NCBI GenBank assembly: GCA_964016885.1
Contig: OZ024741.1
Span: 35,340,001-35,404,000 of the forward strand
Direction: 5' to 3'
Source of the DNA: Eledone cirrhosa
Taxonomy: Eukaryota
DNA length: 64,000 bases
The notes under the pieces were generated by a model. It did not search any database and was not told where the DNA came from. It saw nothing but the letters and a program-made list of their open reading frames with translations. Below, piece after piece: positions 37,701 to 52,700 of this stretch; position 1 is the first letter of the stretch, and each line of letters opens with the position of its first letter. The translations under genes were made by a program, and so were the position numbers.

Positions 37701-40700
37701 ACACGACTGTTAAGAATATAGTATCAATGTCAACTGTTCTAAGACAAGACTCTGTTATGAACATAGTATCAATGTCAACTGTTCTAAGACAAGACTCTGT
37801 TATGACCATAATATCAATGTCATCTGTTCTATGACAGGACTCTGTTATGACCATAATATCAATGTCATCTGCTCTAAGACAGGACCCTATTATGACCAAA
37901 GTATGAATATCATCTCTTCTAAGACATGACACTGTTATAACCAATCGCTCAATGTCATCTGTTTTAAGACACGACTCGGTTATGACCATAGTTTCAGTCA
38001 AGTGTTCTAAGACATGAATCTTTTATGACCATAGTATCAATGTCAACTGTTCTAAGACACGACTCTGTTATGACCAGACTATCAATGTCAATTGTTCTAT
38101 GACACAACCCTGTTATGACCAGACTATCAATGTCATCTGTTCTATGACACAACCCTGTTATGACCAGACTATCAATGTCATCTGTTCTATGACAAGCCTC
38201 TGTTATAACCATAGAATCAATGTCAACTGTTCTATGACAGGACTCTGTTATGAGCATAGTATCAATGTCATCTGTTCTAAGACACGACTCTGTTATGACC
38301 AGACTATCAATGTGATCTGTTCTAAGACACGACTCTGTTCTATGACACAACCCTGTTATGACCAGCCTATCAATGTCAACTGTTCTATGACATAACCCTG
38401 TTATGACCAGACTATCAATGTCATCTGTTCTATGACAAGCCTCTGTTGTAACCATATAATCAATGTCAACTGTTCTAAGACACAACCCTGTTATGACCAG
38501 ACTATCAATGTCATCTGTTCTATGACACGACTCTGTTATGACCAGAGTATCAATGTTGACTATTCTAAGACATGACTCTTTTATGACCATAGTATCAATG
38601 TCAACTGTTCTAAGACAAGACTCTGTCATGAACAGAGTATCAATGTCATCTGTTCTATGACAGGACTCTGTTATGACCAGACTATCAATGTCATCTGTTC
38701 TATGACAGGACTCTGATATCACCATAGTATCAATGTCAACTTTTCTAAGTCACGACTTTGTTGTGACCATAGTATTAATGTCAACTGATCTAAGACACGA
38801 CTCTGTCATGACCATAGCATCAATGTCAACTGGTCTAAGACACGAGTCTGTTATGACCATAGTATCAATGCCATCTTTTCTATGACAGGACTCTGTTATG
38901 ACCATAGTATCAATGTCAACTGTTCTATGACAGGACTCTGTTATAAACATAGTATCAATGTCATCTGTTCTAAGACATGACTCGTTATGACCATAGTATC
39001 AATGTCATCTGTTCTAAGACACCACTCTGTTATGACCATAGATTCAATGTCATCTGTTCTAAGACATGACTCTGTTATGACCAGACTCTCATTGTCATCT
39101 GTTCTAAGACGCGACTCTGTTATGACCATAGTATCGATGTCAACTGTTCTAAGACACGACTCTGTTAAGAATATAGTATCAATGTCAACTGTTCTAAGAC
39201 AAGACTCTGTTATGAACATAGTATCAATGTCAACTGTTCTAAGACAAGACTCTGTTATGACCATAATATCAATGTCATCTGTTCTATGACAGGACTCTGT
39301 TATGACCATAATATCAATGTCATCTGCTCTAAGACAGGACCCTATTATGACCAAAGTATGAATATCATCTCTTCTAAGACATGACACTGTTATAACCAAT
39401 CGCTCAATGTCATCTGTTTTAAGACACGACTCGGTTATGACCATAGTTTCAGTCAAGTGTTCTAAGACATGAATCTTTTATGACCATAGTATCAATGTCA
39501 ACTGTTCTAAGACACGACTCTGTTATGACCAGACTATCAATGTCAATTGTTCTATGACACAACCCTGTTATGACCAGACTATCAATGTCATCTGTTCTAT
39601 GACACAACCCTGTTATGACCAGACTATCAATGTCATCTGTTCTATGACAAGCCTCTGTTATAACCATAGAATCAATGTCAACTGTTCTATGACAGGACTC
39701 TGTTATGAGCATAGTATCAATGTCATCTGTTCTAAGACACGACTCTGTTATGACCAGACTATCAATGTGATCTGTTCTAAGACACGAATCTGTTCTATGA
39801 CACAACCCTGTTATGACCAGCCTATCAATGTCAACTGTTCGATGACATAACCCTGTTATGACCAGACTATCAATGTCATCTGTTCTATGACAAGCCTCTC
39901 TTATAACCAAATAATCAATGTCAACTGTTCTAAGACACAACCCTGTTATGACCAGACTATCAATGTCATCTGTTCTATGACACGACTCTGTTATGACCAG
40001 AGTATCAATGTTGACTATTCTAAGACATGACTCTTTTATGACCATAGTATCAATGTCAACTGTTCTAAGACAAGACTCTGTTATGAACAGAGTATCAATG
40101 TCATCTGTTCTATGACAAGACACGAATCTGTTATGACCAGACTATCAATGTCATCTGTTCTATGACAGGACTCTGATATCACCGTAGTATCAATGTCAAC
40201 TTTTCTAAGTCACGACTTTGTTATGACCAAAGTATGAATATCATCTGTTCTAAGACATGACACTGTTATGACCAATCGCTCAATGTCATCTGTTTTAAGA
40301 CACGACTCGGTTATGACCATAGTTTCAGTCAAGAGTTCTAAGACATCAATCTGTTATGACCATAGTATCAATGTCAATTGTTCTAAGACACGACTCTGTT
40401 ATGACCATAACATGAATGAAAACTGTTCTAATACATGACTCTGTTATGAACATAGTATCAACGTCAACTGTTCTAAGACACGACTCTGTTATGACCATAG
40501 TATCAATGTCAACTGTTCTATGACAGGACTCTGTCTTGACCATAGTATCAATGTCATCTGTTCTAAGACACCATTCTGTTATGACCATAATATCAATGTC
40601 AACTGTTCTGAGACATGACTCTGTTATGACAATAGTATCAATGTCAACTGTTTTCAGGCATGACTCTGTTATGACCATTGTATCAATGTCAACTGCTCTA

Positions 40701-43700
40701 AGACACGACTCTGTTATGACCATAGTATCAACGTCAATTGTTCTACAACACAATTCTGTTATGACCATAATATCAATCAACTGTTCTAAGACACGGCTCT
40801 GTTATTATCATAGAATCAAAATCATATGTTCTATGACAAGGTTCTGATATGACCATAGTATCAATGTCAACTCTTGTAAGACACGGCTCTGTTATGACCA
40901 TAGTATCAATGTCATCTGTTCTAAGACACGACTCTGTTATGACCAGACTATCAATGTGATCTGTTCTAAGACACGACTCTGTTATGACTAGACTATCAAT
41001 GTTGACTATTCTAAGACATGACTCTGTTATGACCATAGTATCAATGTTAACTGTTCTAAGACAAGACTCTGTTATGACCAGAGTATCAATGTCATCTGTT
41101 CTATGACTGGATTCTGTTACGACCATAGTATCAATGTCAACTGTTCTATGACAAGACTCTGTTATGACCATAGTATCAATGTCAACTGTTCTATGACACG
41201 ACTCTATTATGACCATAGTAGCAATTTCATCTGTTCTAAGACAGGACTCTTTTATGACCATAGTATCAATGTCAACTGTTCTAAGACACAACTCTGTTAT
41301 GACCATAGTATCAATGTCAACTGTTCTATGACACGACTCTGTTATGACCATAGTATCAATGTCAACTGTTCTGACACGACTCTATTATGACCATAGTAGC
41401 AATCTCATCTGTTCTAAGACAGGACTCTGTTATGACCATAGTATCAATGTCAACTTTTCTAAGACACAACTCTGTTATGACCATAGTATCAATGTCAACT
41501 GTTCTAAAACACGACTCTGTTATAACCAGACTATCAATGTCAACTGTTCCATGACACAACCCTGTTATGACCAGACTATCAATGTCATCTGTTCTATAAC
41601 AAGACTCTGTTATAACTACAGAATCAATGTCAACTGTTCTATGACAGGACTCTGTTATGACCATAGTATCAATGTCATCTGTTCTAAGACACGACTCTGT
41701 TATGACTATAACATCAATGTCAACTGTTCTGAGACATGACTCTGTTATGACGATAGTATCAATGTCAACTGTTCTATGACAGGACTCTTTCTTGACCATA
41801 GTATCAATGTCATCTGTTCTAAGACACGATTCTGTTATGACCATAGATTCAATGTCATCTGTTCTAAGACACGACTCTGTTATGACCAGACTATCAATGT
41901 GATCTGTTCTAAGACACGACTCTGTTATGACCAGACTATCAATGTTGACTATTCTAAGACATGACTCTGTTATGACCATAGTATCAATGTCAACTGTTCT
42001 AAGACAAGACTCTCTTATGACCAGAGTGTCAATGTCACCTGTTCTATGACAGGACTCTGATATCACCGTAGTATCAATGTCAACTTTTCTAAGTCACGAC
42101 TTTGTTATGACCATAGTATCAACGCCAACTGTTCTAAGACAAGACTCTGTTATAACCATAGAATTAATATCAACTGTTCTAAAACACGACCCTGTCATGA
42201 CCATAGCACCAATGTCAACTGTTCTCAGACACGACTCTGTTATGAACATAGAATCAATGTCAACTGTTCTAAGATACGACTCTGTTATGACCATTGCATC
42301 AATGTCAACTGTTCTAAGACACGACTCTTTTATGACCATAGTATCAATGTCATCTGTTCTATGACAGGACTCTATTATGACCAGACTCTCAATGTCATCT
42401 GTTTTAAAACACGACTCTGTTATGACCATAGTTTCAGTCAAGTGTTCTAAGACATGAATCTGTTATGACCATAGTATCAATGTCAATTGTTCTAAGACAC
42501 GACTCTGTTATGACCATAATATGAATGACAACTGTTCTAAGACATGACTCTGTTATGACCATAGTATCAATGTCATCTGTTCTAAGACACAACTCTGTTA
42601 TGACCATAGTTTCAATGTAATCTGTTCTAAGACATGACTCTGTTATAACCAGACTCTCATTGTCATCTATTCTAAGACGCGACTCTGTTATGACCATAGT
42701 ATCAATGTCAACTGTTCTAAGACACGCCTCTGTTAAGAATATAGTATCAATGTCAACTGTTCTAAGACACGACTCTGTTATGAACATAGTATCAATGTCA
42801 ACTGTTGTAAGACAAGACTCTGTTATGACCATAATATCAATGTCATCTGCTCAAAGACAGGACCCTATTATGACCAAAGTATGAATATCATCTGTTCTAA
42901 GACATGACACTGTTATGACCAATCGCTCAATGTCATCTGTTTTAAGACACGACTCGGTTATGACCATAGTTTCAGTCAAGAGTTCTAAGACATGAATCTG
43001 TTATGACCATAGTATCAATGTCAATTGTTCTAAGACACGACTCTGTTATGACCATAACATGAATGAAAACTGTTCTAATACATGACTCTGTTATGAACAT
43101 AGTATCAATATCAACTGTTCTAAGACACGACTCTGTTATCACCATAATTCCAATTACAATTGTTCTAAGACATGACTCTGTTATGACCATAGTATCAATG
43201 CCAACTGTTCTAAGACAAGACTCTGTTATAACCATAGAATTAATATCAACTGTTCTAAAGCACGACTCTTACTTGACCATAGTATCAATGTCATCTGTTC
43301 TAAGACACGACTCTGTTATGACTATAATATCAATGTCAACTGTTCTGAGACATGACTCTGTTATGACCAGACTATCAATGTCAACTGTTCTATGACACAA
43401 CCCTGTTATGACCAGACTATCAATGTCATCTGTTCTATGACAAGACTCTGTTATAACCATAGAAACAATGTCAACTGTTCTATGACAGGACTCTGTTATG
43501 ACCACAGTATCAATGTCATCTGTTCTAAGACACGACTCTGTTATGACCAGACTATCAATGTTGACTATTCTAAGACAAGATTCTCTTATGATGAGAGTGT
43601 CAATGTCATCTGTTCTATGACAGGCTCTGTTATGACCCGACTATCGATGTCACCTGTTTTAAAACACGACTCTGTTATGACCATAGTTTCAGTCAAGTGT

Positions 43701-46700
43701 TCTAAGACATGAGTCTGTTATACCATAGTATCAATGTCAATTGTTCTAAGACACGACTCTGTTATGACCATAATATGAATGACAACTGTTCTAAGCCATG
43801 ACTCTGTTATGACCATAGTATCAATGTCATCTGCTCTAAGACACGACTCTGTTATGACCATAATTCCAATGACAACTGTTCTAAGACACGACTCTCTTGT
43901 GACCATAGTATCAATGTCAACTGTTCTAAGACACGAATCTGTTATGACCATAATTCCAATGACAACTGTTCTAAGACAGGACTCTTTCTTGACCATAGTA
44001 TCAATGTCATCTGTTCTAAGACACGATTCTGTTATGACCATACTATCAATGTCATCTGTTTTAAGACACGACTCTGTTATGACTATAATATTCATGTCAA
44101 CTGTTCTGAGACATGACTCTGTTATGACCAGACTATCAATGTCAACTGTTCTATGACACAACCCTGTTATGACCAGACTATCAATGTCATCTGTTCTATG
44201 ACAAGACTCTGTTATAACCATAGAAACAATGTCAACTGTTCTATGACAGGACTCTGTTATGACCATAGTATCAATGTCATCTGTTCTATGACACAACTCT
44301 GTTATGACCATAGATTCAATGTCATCTGTTCTAAGACATGACTCTGTTATGACCAGACTCTCATTGTCATCTGTTCGAAGACGCGACTCTGTTATGACCA
44401 TAGTATCAATGTCAACTGTTCTAAGACACGACTCTGTTAAGAATATAGTATCAATGTCAACTGTTCTAAGACAAGACTCTGTTATTAACATAGTATCAAT
44501 GTCAACTGTTCTAAGACAAGACTCTGTTATGACCATAATATCAATGTCATCTGTTCTATGACAGGACTCTGTTATGACCATAATATCAATGTCATTTGCT
44601 CTAAGACAGGACCCTATTATGATCAAAGTATGAATATCATCTGTTCTAAGACATGACACTGTTATGACCAATCGCTCAATGTCATCTGTTTTAAGACACG
44701 ACTCGGTTATGACCATAGTTTCAGTCAAGTGTTCTAAGACACGACTCTGTTATGACCAGACTATCAATGTAAATTGTTCTATGACACAACCCTGTTATGA
44801 CCAGACTATCAATGTCATCTGTTCTATGACACAACCCTGTTATGACCAGACTATCAATGTCATCTGTTCTATGACAAGCGTCTGTTATAACCATAGAATC
44901 AATGTCAACTGTTCTATGACAGGACTCTGTTATGAGCATAGTATCAATGTCATCTGTTCTAAGACACGATTCTGTTATGACCAGACTATCAATGTGATCT
45001 GTTCTAAGACACGACTCTGTTCTATGACACAACCCTGTTATGACCAGACTATCAATGTCATCTGTTCTATGACAAGCCTCTGTTATAACCATACAATCAA
45101 TGTCAACTGTTCTAAGACACAACCCTATTATGACCAGACTATCAATGTCATCTGTTCTATGACACGACTCTGTTATGACCAGAGTATCAATGTTGACTAT
45201 TCTAGGAAATGACTCTTTTATGACCATAGTATCAATGTCAACTGTTCTAAGACAAGACTCTGTTATGAACAGAGTATCAATGTCATCTGTTCTATGACAG
45301 GACTCTGTTATGACCAGACTATCAATGTCATCTGTTCTATGTCAGGACTCTGATATCACCGTAGTATCAATGTCAACTTTTCTAAGTCACGACTTTGTTA
45401 TGACCATAGTATTAATGTCAACTGATCTAAGACACGACTCTGTCATGACCATAGCATCAATGTCAACTGGTCTAAGACACGAGTCTGTTATGACCTTAGT
45501 ATCAATGCCATCTTTTCTATGACAGGACTCTGTTATGACCATAGTATCAATGTCAACTGTTCTATGACAGGACTCTGTTATAAACATAGTATCAATGTCA
45601 TCTGTTCTAAGACATGACTCGTTATGACCATAGTTTCAATGTCATCTGTTCTAAGACATAACTCTGTTATGACCAGACTCTCATTGTTATCTGTTCTAAG
45701 ACGCGACTCTGTTATGACCATAGTATCAATGTCAACTGTTCTAAGACACGCCTCTGTTAAGAATATAGTATCAATGTCAACTCTTCTAAGACACGACTCT
45801 GTTATGAACATAGTATCAATGTCAACTGTTCTAAGACAAGACTCTGTTATGACAATAATATCAATGTCATCTGTTCCATGACAGGACTCTGTTATGACCA
45901 TAATATCAATGTCATCTGCTCAAAGACAGGACCCTATTATGACCAAAGTATGAATATCATCTGTTCTAAGACATGTCACTGTTATGACCAATCGCTCAAT
46001 GTCATCTGTTTTAAGACACGACTCGGTTATGACCATAGTTTCAGTCAAGAGTTCTAAGACATGAATCTGTTATGACCATAGTATCAATGTCAATTGTTCT
46101 AAGACACGACTCTCTTATGACCATAACATGAATGAAAACTGTTCTAATACATGACTCTGTTATGAACATAGTATCAATGTCAACTGTTCTAAGACACGAC
46201 TCTGTTATGACCATAGTATCAATGTCAACTGTTCTATGACAGGACTCTGTCTTGACCATAGTATCAATGTCATCTGTTCTAAGACACGATTCTGTTATGA
46301 GCATAGTATCAATGTCATCTGTTCTAAGACACCATTCTGTTATGAGCATAGTATCAATGTCATCTGTTCTAAGACACGACTCTGTTATGACCATAATATC
46401 AATGTCAACTGTTCTGAGACATGACTCTGTTATGACCATAGTATCAATGTCAACTGTTTTCAGGCATGACTCTGTCATGACCATAGTATCAATGTCAACT
46501 GCTCTAAGACACGACTCTGTTATGACCATAGTATCAACGTCAATTGTTCTACAACACAATTCTGTTATGACCATAATATCAATCAACTGTTCTAAGACAC
46601 GGCTCTGTTATTATCATAGTATCAAAATCATATGTTCTATGACAAGGCTCTGATATAACCATAGTATCAATGTCAACTCTTGTAAGACACGGCTCTGTTA

Positions 46701-49700
46701 TGACCATAGTATCAATGTCATCTGTTCTAAGACACGACTCTGTTATGACCAGACTATCAATGTGATCTGTTCTAAGACACGAATCTGTTATGACCATAAT
46801 TCCAATGACAACTGTTCTAAGACATGACTCTGTTATGACCATAGTATCAATGCCAACTGTTCTAAGACAAGACTCTGTTATAACCATAGAATTAATATCA
46901 ACTGTTCTAAAGCACGACTCTTACTTGACCAGACTATCAATGTCAACTGTTCTATGACAGGACTCTGTTATGACCATAGTATCAATGTCATCTGTTCTAA
47001 GACATGACTCTGTTATGACCAGACTATCAATGTTGACTATCCTAAGACAAGATTCTCTTATGATCAGAGTGTCAATGTCATCTGTTCTATGACAGGCTCT
47101 GTTATGACCAGACTATCAATGTCACCTGTTTTAAAACACGACTCTGTTATGACCATAGTTTCAGTCAAGTATTCTAAGACATGAATCTGTTATGACCATA
47201 GTATCAATGTCAATTGTTCTAAGACACGACTCTGTTATGACCATAATATGAATGACAACTGTTCTAAGACATGACTCTGTTATGACCATAGTATCAATGT
47301 CATCTGCTCTAAGACACGACTCTGTTATGACCATAATTCCAATGACAACTGTTCTAAGACACGACTCTCTTGTGACCATAGTATCAATGTCAACTGTTCT
47401 AAGACACGAATCTGTTATGACCATAATTCCAATGACAACTGTTCTAAGACAGGACTCTTTCTTGACCATAGTATCAATGTCATCTGTTCTAAGACACGAA
47501 TCTGTTATGACCAGACTATCAATGTCATCTGTTCTATGACAGGACTCTGATATCACCGTAGTATCAATGTCAACTTTTCTAAGTCACGACTTTGTTATGA
47601 CCAAAGTATGAATATCATCTGTTCTAAGACATGACACTGTTATGACCAATCGCTCAATGTCATCTGTTTTAAGACACGACTCGTTATGACCATAGTTTCA
47701 GTCAAGAGTTCTAAGACATCAATCTGTTATGACCATAGTATCAATGTCAATTGTTCTAAGACACGACTCTGTTATGACCATAACATGAATGAAAACTGTT
47801 CTAATACATGACTCTGTTATGAACATAGTATCAACGTCAACTGTTCTAAGACACGACTCTGTTATGACCATAGTATCAATGTCAACTGTTCTATGACAGG
47901 ACTCTGTCTTGACCATAGTATCAATGTCATCTGTTCTAAGACACGATTCTGTTATGAGCATAGTATCAATGTCATCTGTTCTAAGACACCATTCTGTTAT
48001 GACCATAATATCAATGTCAACTGTTCTGAGACATGACTCTGTTATGACAATAGTATCAATGTCAACTGTTTTCAGGCATGACTCTGTTATGACCATAGTA
48101 TCAATGTCAACTGCTCTAAGACACGACTCTGTTATGACCATAGTATCAACGTCAATTGTTCTACAACACAATTCTGTTATGACCATAATATCAATCAACT
48201 GTTCTAAGACACGGCTCTGTTATTATCATAGAATCAAAATCATATGTTCTATGACAAGGTTCTGATATGACCATAGTATCAATGTCAACTCTTGTAAGAC
48301 ACGGCTCTGTTATGACCATAGTATCAATGTCATCTGTTCTAAGACACGACTCTGTTATGACCAGACTATCAATGTGATCTGTTCTAAGACACGACTCTGT
48401 TATGACTAGACTATCAATGTTGACTATTCTAAGACATGACTCTGTTATGACCATAGTATCAATGTTAACTGTTCTAAGACAAGACTCTGTTATGACCAGA
48501 GTATCAATGTCATCTGTTCTATGACTGGATTCTGTTACGACCATAGTATCAATGTCAACTGTTCTATGACAAGACTCTGTTATGACCATAGTATCAATGT
48601 CAACTGTTCTATGACACGACTCTATTATGACCATAGTAGCAATTTCATCTGTTCTAAGACAGGACTCTTTTATGACCATAGTATCAATGTCAACTGTTCT
48701 AAGACACAACTCTGTTATGACCATAGTATCAATGTCAACTGTTCTATGACACGACTCTGTTATGACCATAGTATCAATGTCAACTGTTCTGACACGACTC
48801 TATTATGACCATAGTAGCAATCTCATCTGTTCTAAGACAGGACTCTGTTATGACCATAGTATCAATGTCAACTTTTCTAAGACACAACTCTGTTATGACC
48901 ATAGTATCAATGTCAACTGTTCTAAAACACGACTCTGTTATAACCAGACTATCAATGTCAACTGTTCCATGACACAACCCTGTTATGACCAGACTATCAA
49001 TGTCATCTGTTCTATAACAAGACTCTGTTATAACTACAGAATCAATGTCAACTGTTCTATGACAGGACTCTGTTATGACCATAGTATCAATGTCATCTGT
49101 TCTAAGACACGACTCTGTTATGACTATAACATCAATGTCAACTGTTCTGAGACATGACTCTGTTATGACGATAGTATCAATGTCAACTGTTCTATGACAG
49201 GACTCTTTCTTGACCATAGTATCAATGTCATCTGTTCTAAGACACGATTCTGTTATGACCATAGATTCAATGTCATCTGTTCTAAGACACGACTCTGTTA
49301 TGACCAGACTATCAATGTGATCTGTTCTAAGACACGACTCTGTTATGACCAGACTATCAATGTTGACTATTCTAAGACATGACTCTGTTATGACCATAGT
49401 ATCAATGTCAACTGTTCTAAGACAAGACTCTCTTATGACCAGAGTGTCAATGTCACCTGTTCTATGACAGGACTCTGATATCACCGTAGTATCAATGTCA
49501 ACTTTTCTAAGTCACGACTTTGTTATGACCATAGTATCAACGCCAACTGTTCTAAGACAAGACTCTGTTATAACCATAGAATTAATATCAACTGTTCTAA
49601 AACACGACCCTGTCATGACCATAGCACCAATGTCAACTGTTCTCAGACACGACTCTGTTATGAACATAGAATCAATGTCAACTGTTCTAAGATACGACTC

Positions 49701-52700
49701 TGTTATGACCATTGCATCAATGTCAACTGTTCTAAGACACGACTCTTTTATGACCATAGTATCAATGTCATCTGTTCTATGACAGGACTCTATTATGACC
49801 AGACTCTCAATGTCATCTGTTTTAAAACACGACTCTGTTATGACCATAGTTTCAGTCAAGTGTTCTAAGACATGAATCTGTTATGACCATAGTATCAATG
49901 TCAATTGTTCTAAGACACGACTCTGTTATGACCATAATATGAATGACAACTGTTCTAAGACATGACTCTGTTATGACCATAGTATCAATGTCATCTGTTC
50001 TAAGACACAACTCTGTTATGACCATAGTTTCAATGTAATCTGTTCTAAGACATGACTCTGTTATAACCAGACTCTCATTGTCATCTATTCTAAGACGCGA
50101 CTCTGTTATGACCATAGTATCAATGTCAACTGTTCTAAGACACGCCTCTGTTAAGAATATAGTATCAATGTCAACTGTTCTAAGACACGACTCTGTTATG
50201 AACATAGTATCAATGTCAACTGTTGTAAGACAAGACTCTGTTATGACCATAATATCAATGTCATCTGCTCAAAGACAGGACCCTATTATGACCAAAGTAT
50301 GAATATCATCTGTTCTAAGACATGACACTGTTATGACCAATCGCTCAATGTCATCTGTTTTAAGACACGACTCGGTTATGACCATAGTTTCAGTCAAGAG
50401 TTCTAAGACATGAATCTGTTATGACCATAGTATCAATGTCAATTGTTCTAAGACACGACTCTGTTATGACCATAACATGAATGAAAACTGTTCTAATACA
50501 TGACTCTGTTATGAACATAGTATCAATATCAACTGTTCTAAGACACGACTCTGTTATCACCATAATTCCAATTACAATTGTTCTAAGACATGACTCTGTT
50601 ATGACCATAGTATCAATGCCAACTGTTCTAAGACAAGACTCTGTTATAACCATAGAATTAATATCAACTGTTCTAAAGCACGACTCTTACTTGACCATAG
50701 TATCAATGTCATCTGTTCTAAGACACGACTCTGTTATGACTATAATATCAATGTCAACTGTTCTGAGACATGACTCTGTTATGACCAGACTATCAATGTC
50801 AACTGTTCTATGACACAACCCTGTTATGACCAGACTATCAATGTCATCTGTTCTATGACAAGACTCTGTTATAACCATAGAAACAATGTCAACTGTTCTA
50901 TGACAGGACTCTGTTATGACCACAGTATCAATGTCATCTGTTCTAAGACACGACTCTGTTATGACCAGACTATCAATGTTGACTATTCTAAGACAAGATT
51001 CTCTTATGATGAGAGTGTCAATGTCATCTGTTCTATGACAGGCTCTGTTATGACCCGACTATCGATGTCACCTGTTTTAAAACACGACTCTGTTATGACC
51101 ATAGTTTCAGTCAAGTGTTCTAAGACATGAGTCTGTTATACCATAGTATCAATGTCAATTGTTCTAAGACACGACTCTGTTATGACCATAATATGAATGA
51201 CAACTGTTCTAAGCCATGACTCTGTTATGACCATAGTATCAATGTCATCTGCTCTAAGACACGACTCTGTTATGACCATAATTCCAATGACAACTGTTCT
51301 AAGACACGACTCTCTTGTGACCATAGTATCAATGTCAACTGTTCTAAGACACGAATCTGTTATGACCATAATTCCAATGACAACTGTTCTAAGACAGGAC
51401 TCTTTCTTGACCATAGTATCAATGTCATCTGTTCTAAGACACGATTCTGTTATGACCATACTATCAATGTCATCTGTTTTAAGACACGACTCTGTTATGA
51501 CTATAATATTCATGTCAACTGTTCTGAGACATGACTCTGTTATGACCAGACTATCAATGTCAACTGTTCTATGACACAACCCTGTTATGACCAGACTATC
51601 AATGTCATCTGTTCTATGACAAGACTCTGTTATAACCATAGAAACAATGTCAACTGTTCTATGACAGGACTCTGTTATGACCATAGTATCAATGTCATCT
51701 GTTCTATGACACAACTCTGTTATGACCATAGATTCAATGTCATCTGTTCTAAGACATGACTCTGTTATGACCAGACTCTCATTGTCATCTGTTCGAAGAC
51801 GCGACTCTGTTATGACCATAGTATCAATGTCAACTGTTCTAAGACACGACTCTGTTAAGAATATAGTATCAATGTCAACTGTTCTAAGACAAGACTCTGT
51901 TATTAACATAGTATCAATGTCAACTGTTCTAAGACAAGACTCTGTTATGACCATAATATCAATGTCATCTGTTCTATGACAGGACTCTGTTATGACCATA
52001 ATATCAATGTCATTTGCTCTAAGACAGGACCCTATTATGATCAAAGTATGAATATCATCTGTTCTAAGACATGACACTGTTATGACCAATCGCTCAATGT
52101 CATCTGTTTTAAGACACGACTCGGTTATGACCATAGTTTCAGTCAAGTGTTCTAAGACACGACTCTGTTATGACCAGACTATCAATGTAAATTGTTCTAT
52201 GACACAACCCTGTTATGACCAGACTATCAATGTCATCTGTTCTATGACACAACCCTGTTATGACCAGACTATCAATGTCATCTGTTCTATGACAAGCGTC
52301 TGTTATAACCATAGAATCAATGTCAACTGTTCTATGACAGGACTCTGTTATGAGCATAGTATCAATGTCATCTGTTCTAAGACACGATTCTGTTATGACC
52401 AGACTATCAATGTGATCTGTTCTAAGACACGACTCTGTTCTATGACACAACCCTGTTATGACCAGACTATCAATGTCATCTGTTCTATGACAAGCCTCTG
52501 TTATAACCATACAATCAATGTCAACTGTTCTAAGACACAACCCTATTATGACCAGACTATCAATGTCATCTGTTCTATGACACGACTCTGTTATGACCAG
52601 AGTATCAATGTTGACTATTCTAGGAAATGACTCTTTTATGACCATAGTATCAATGTCAACTGTTCTAAGACAAGACTCTGTTATGAACAGAGTATCAATG

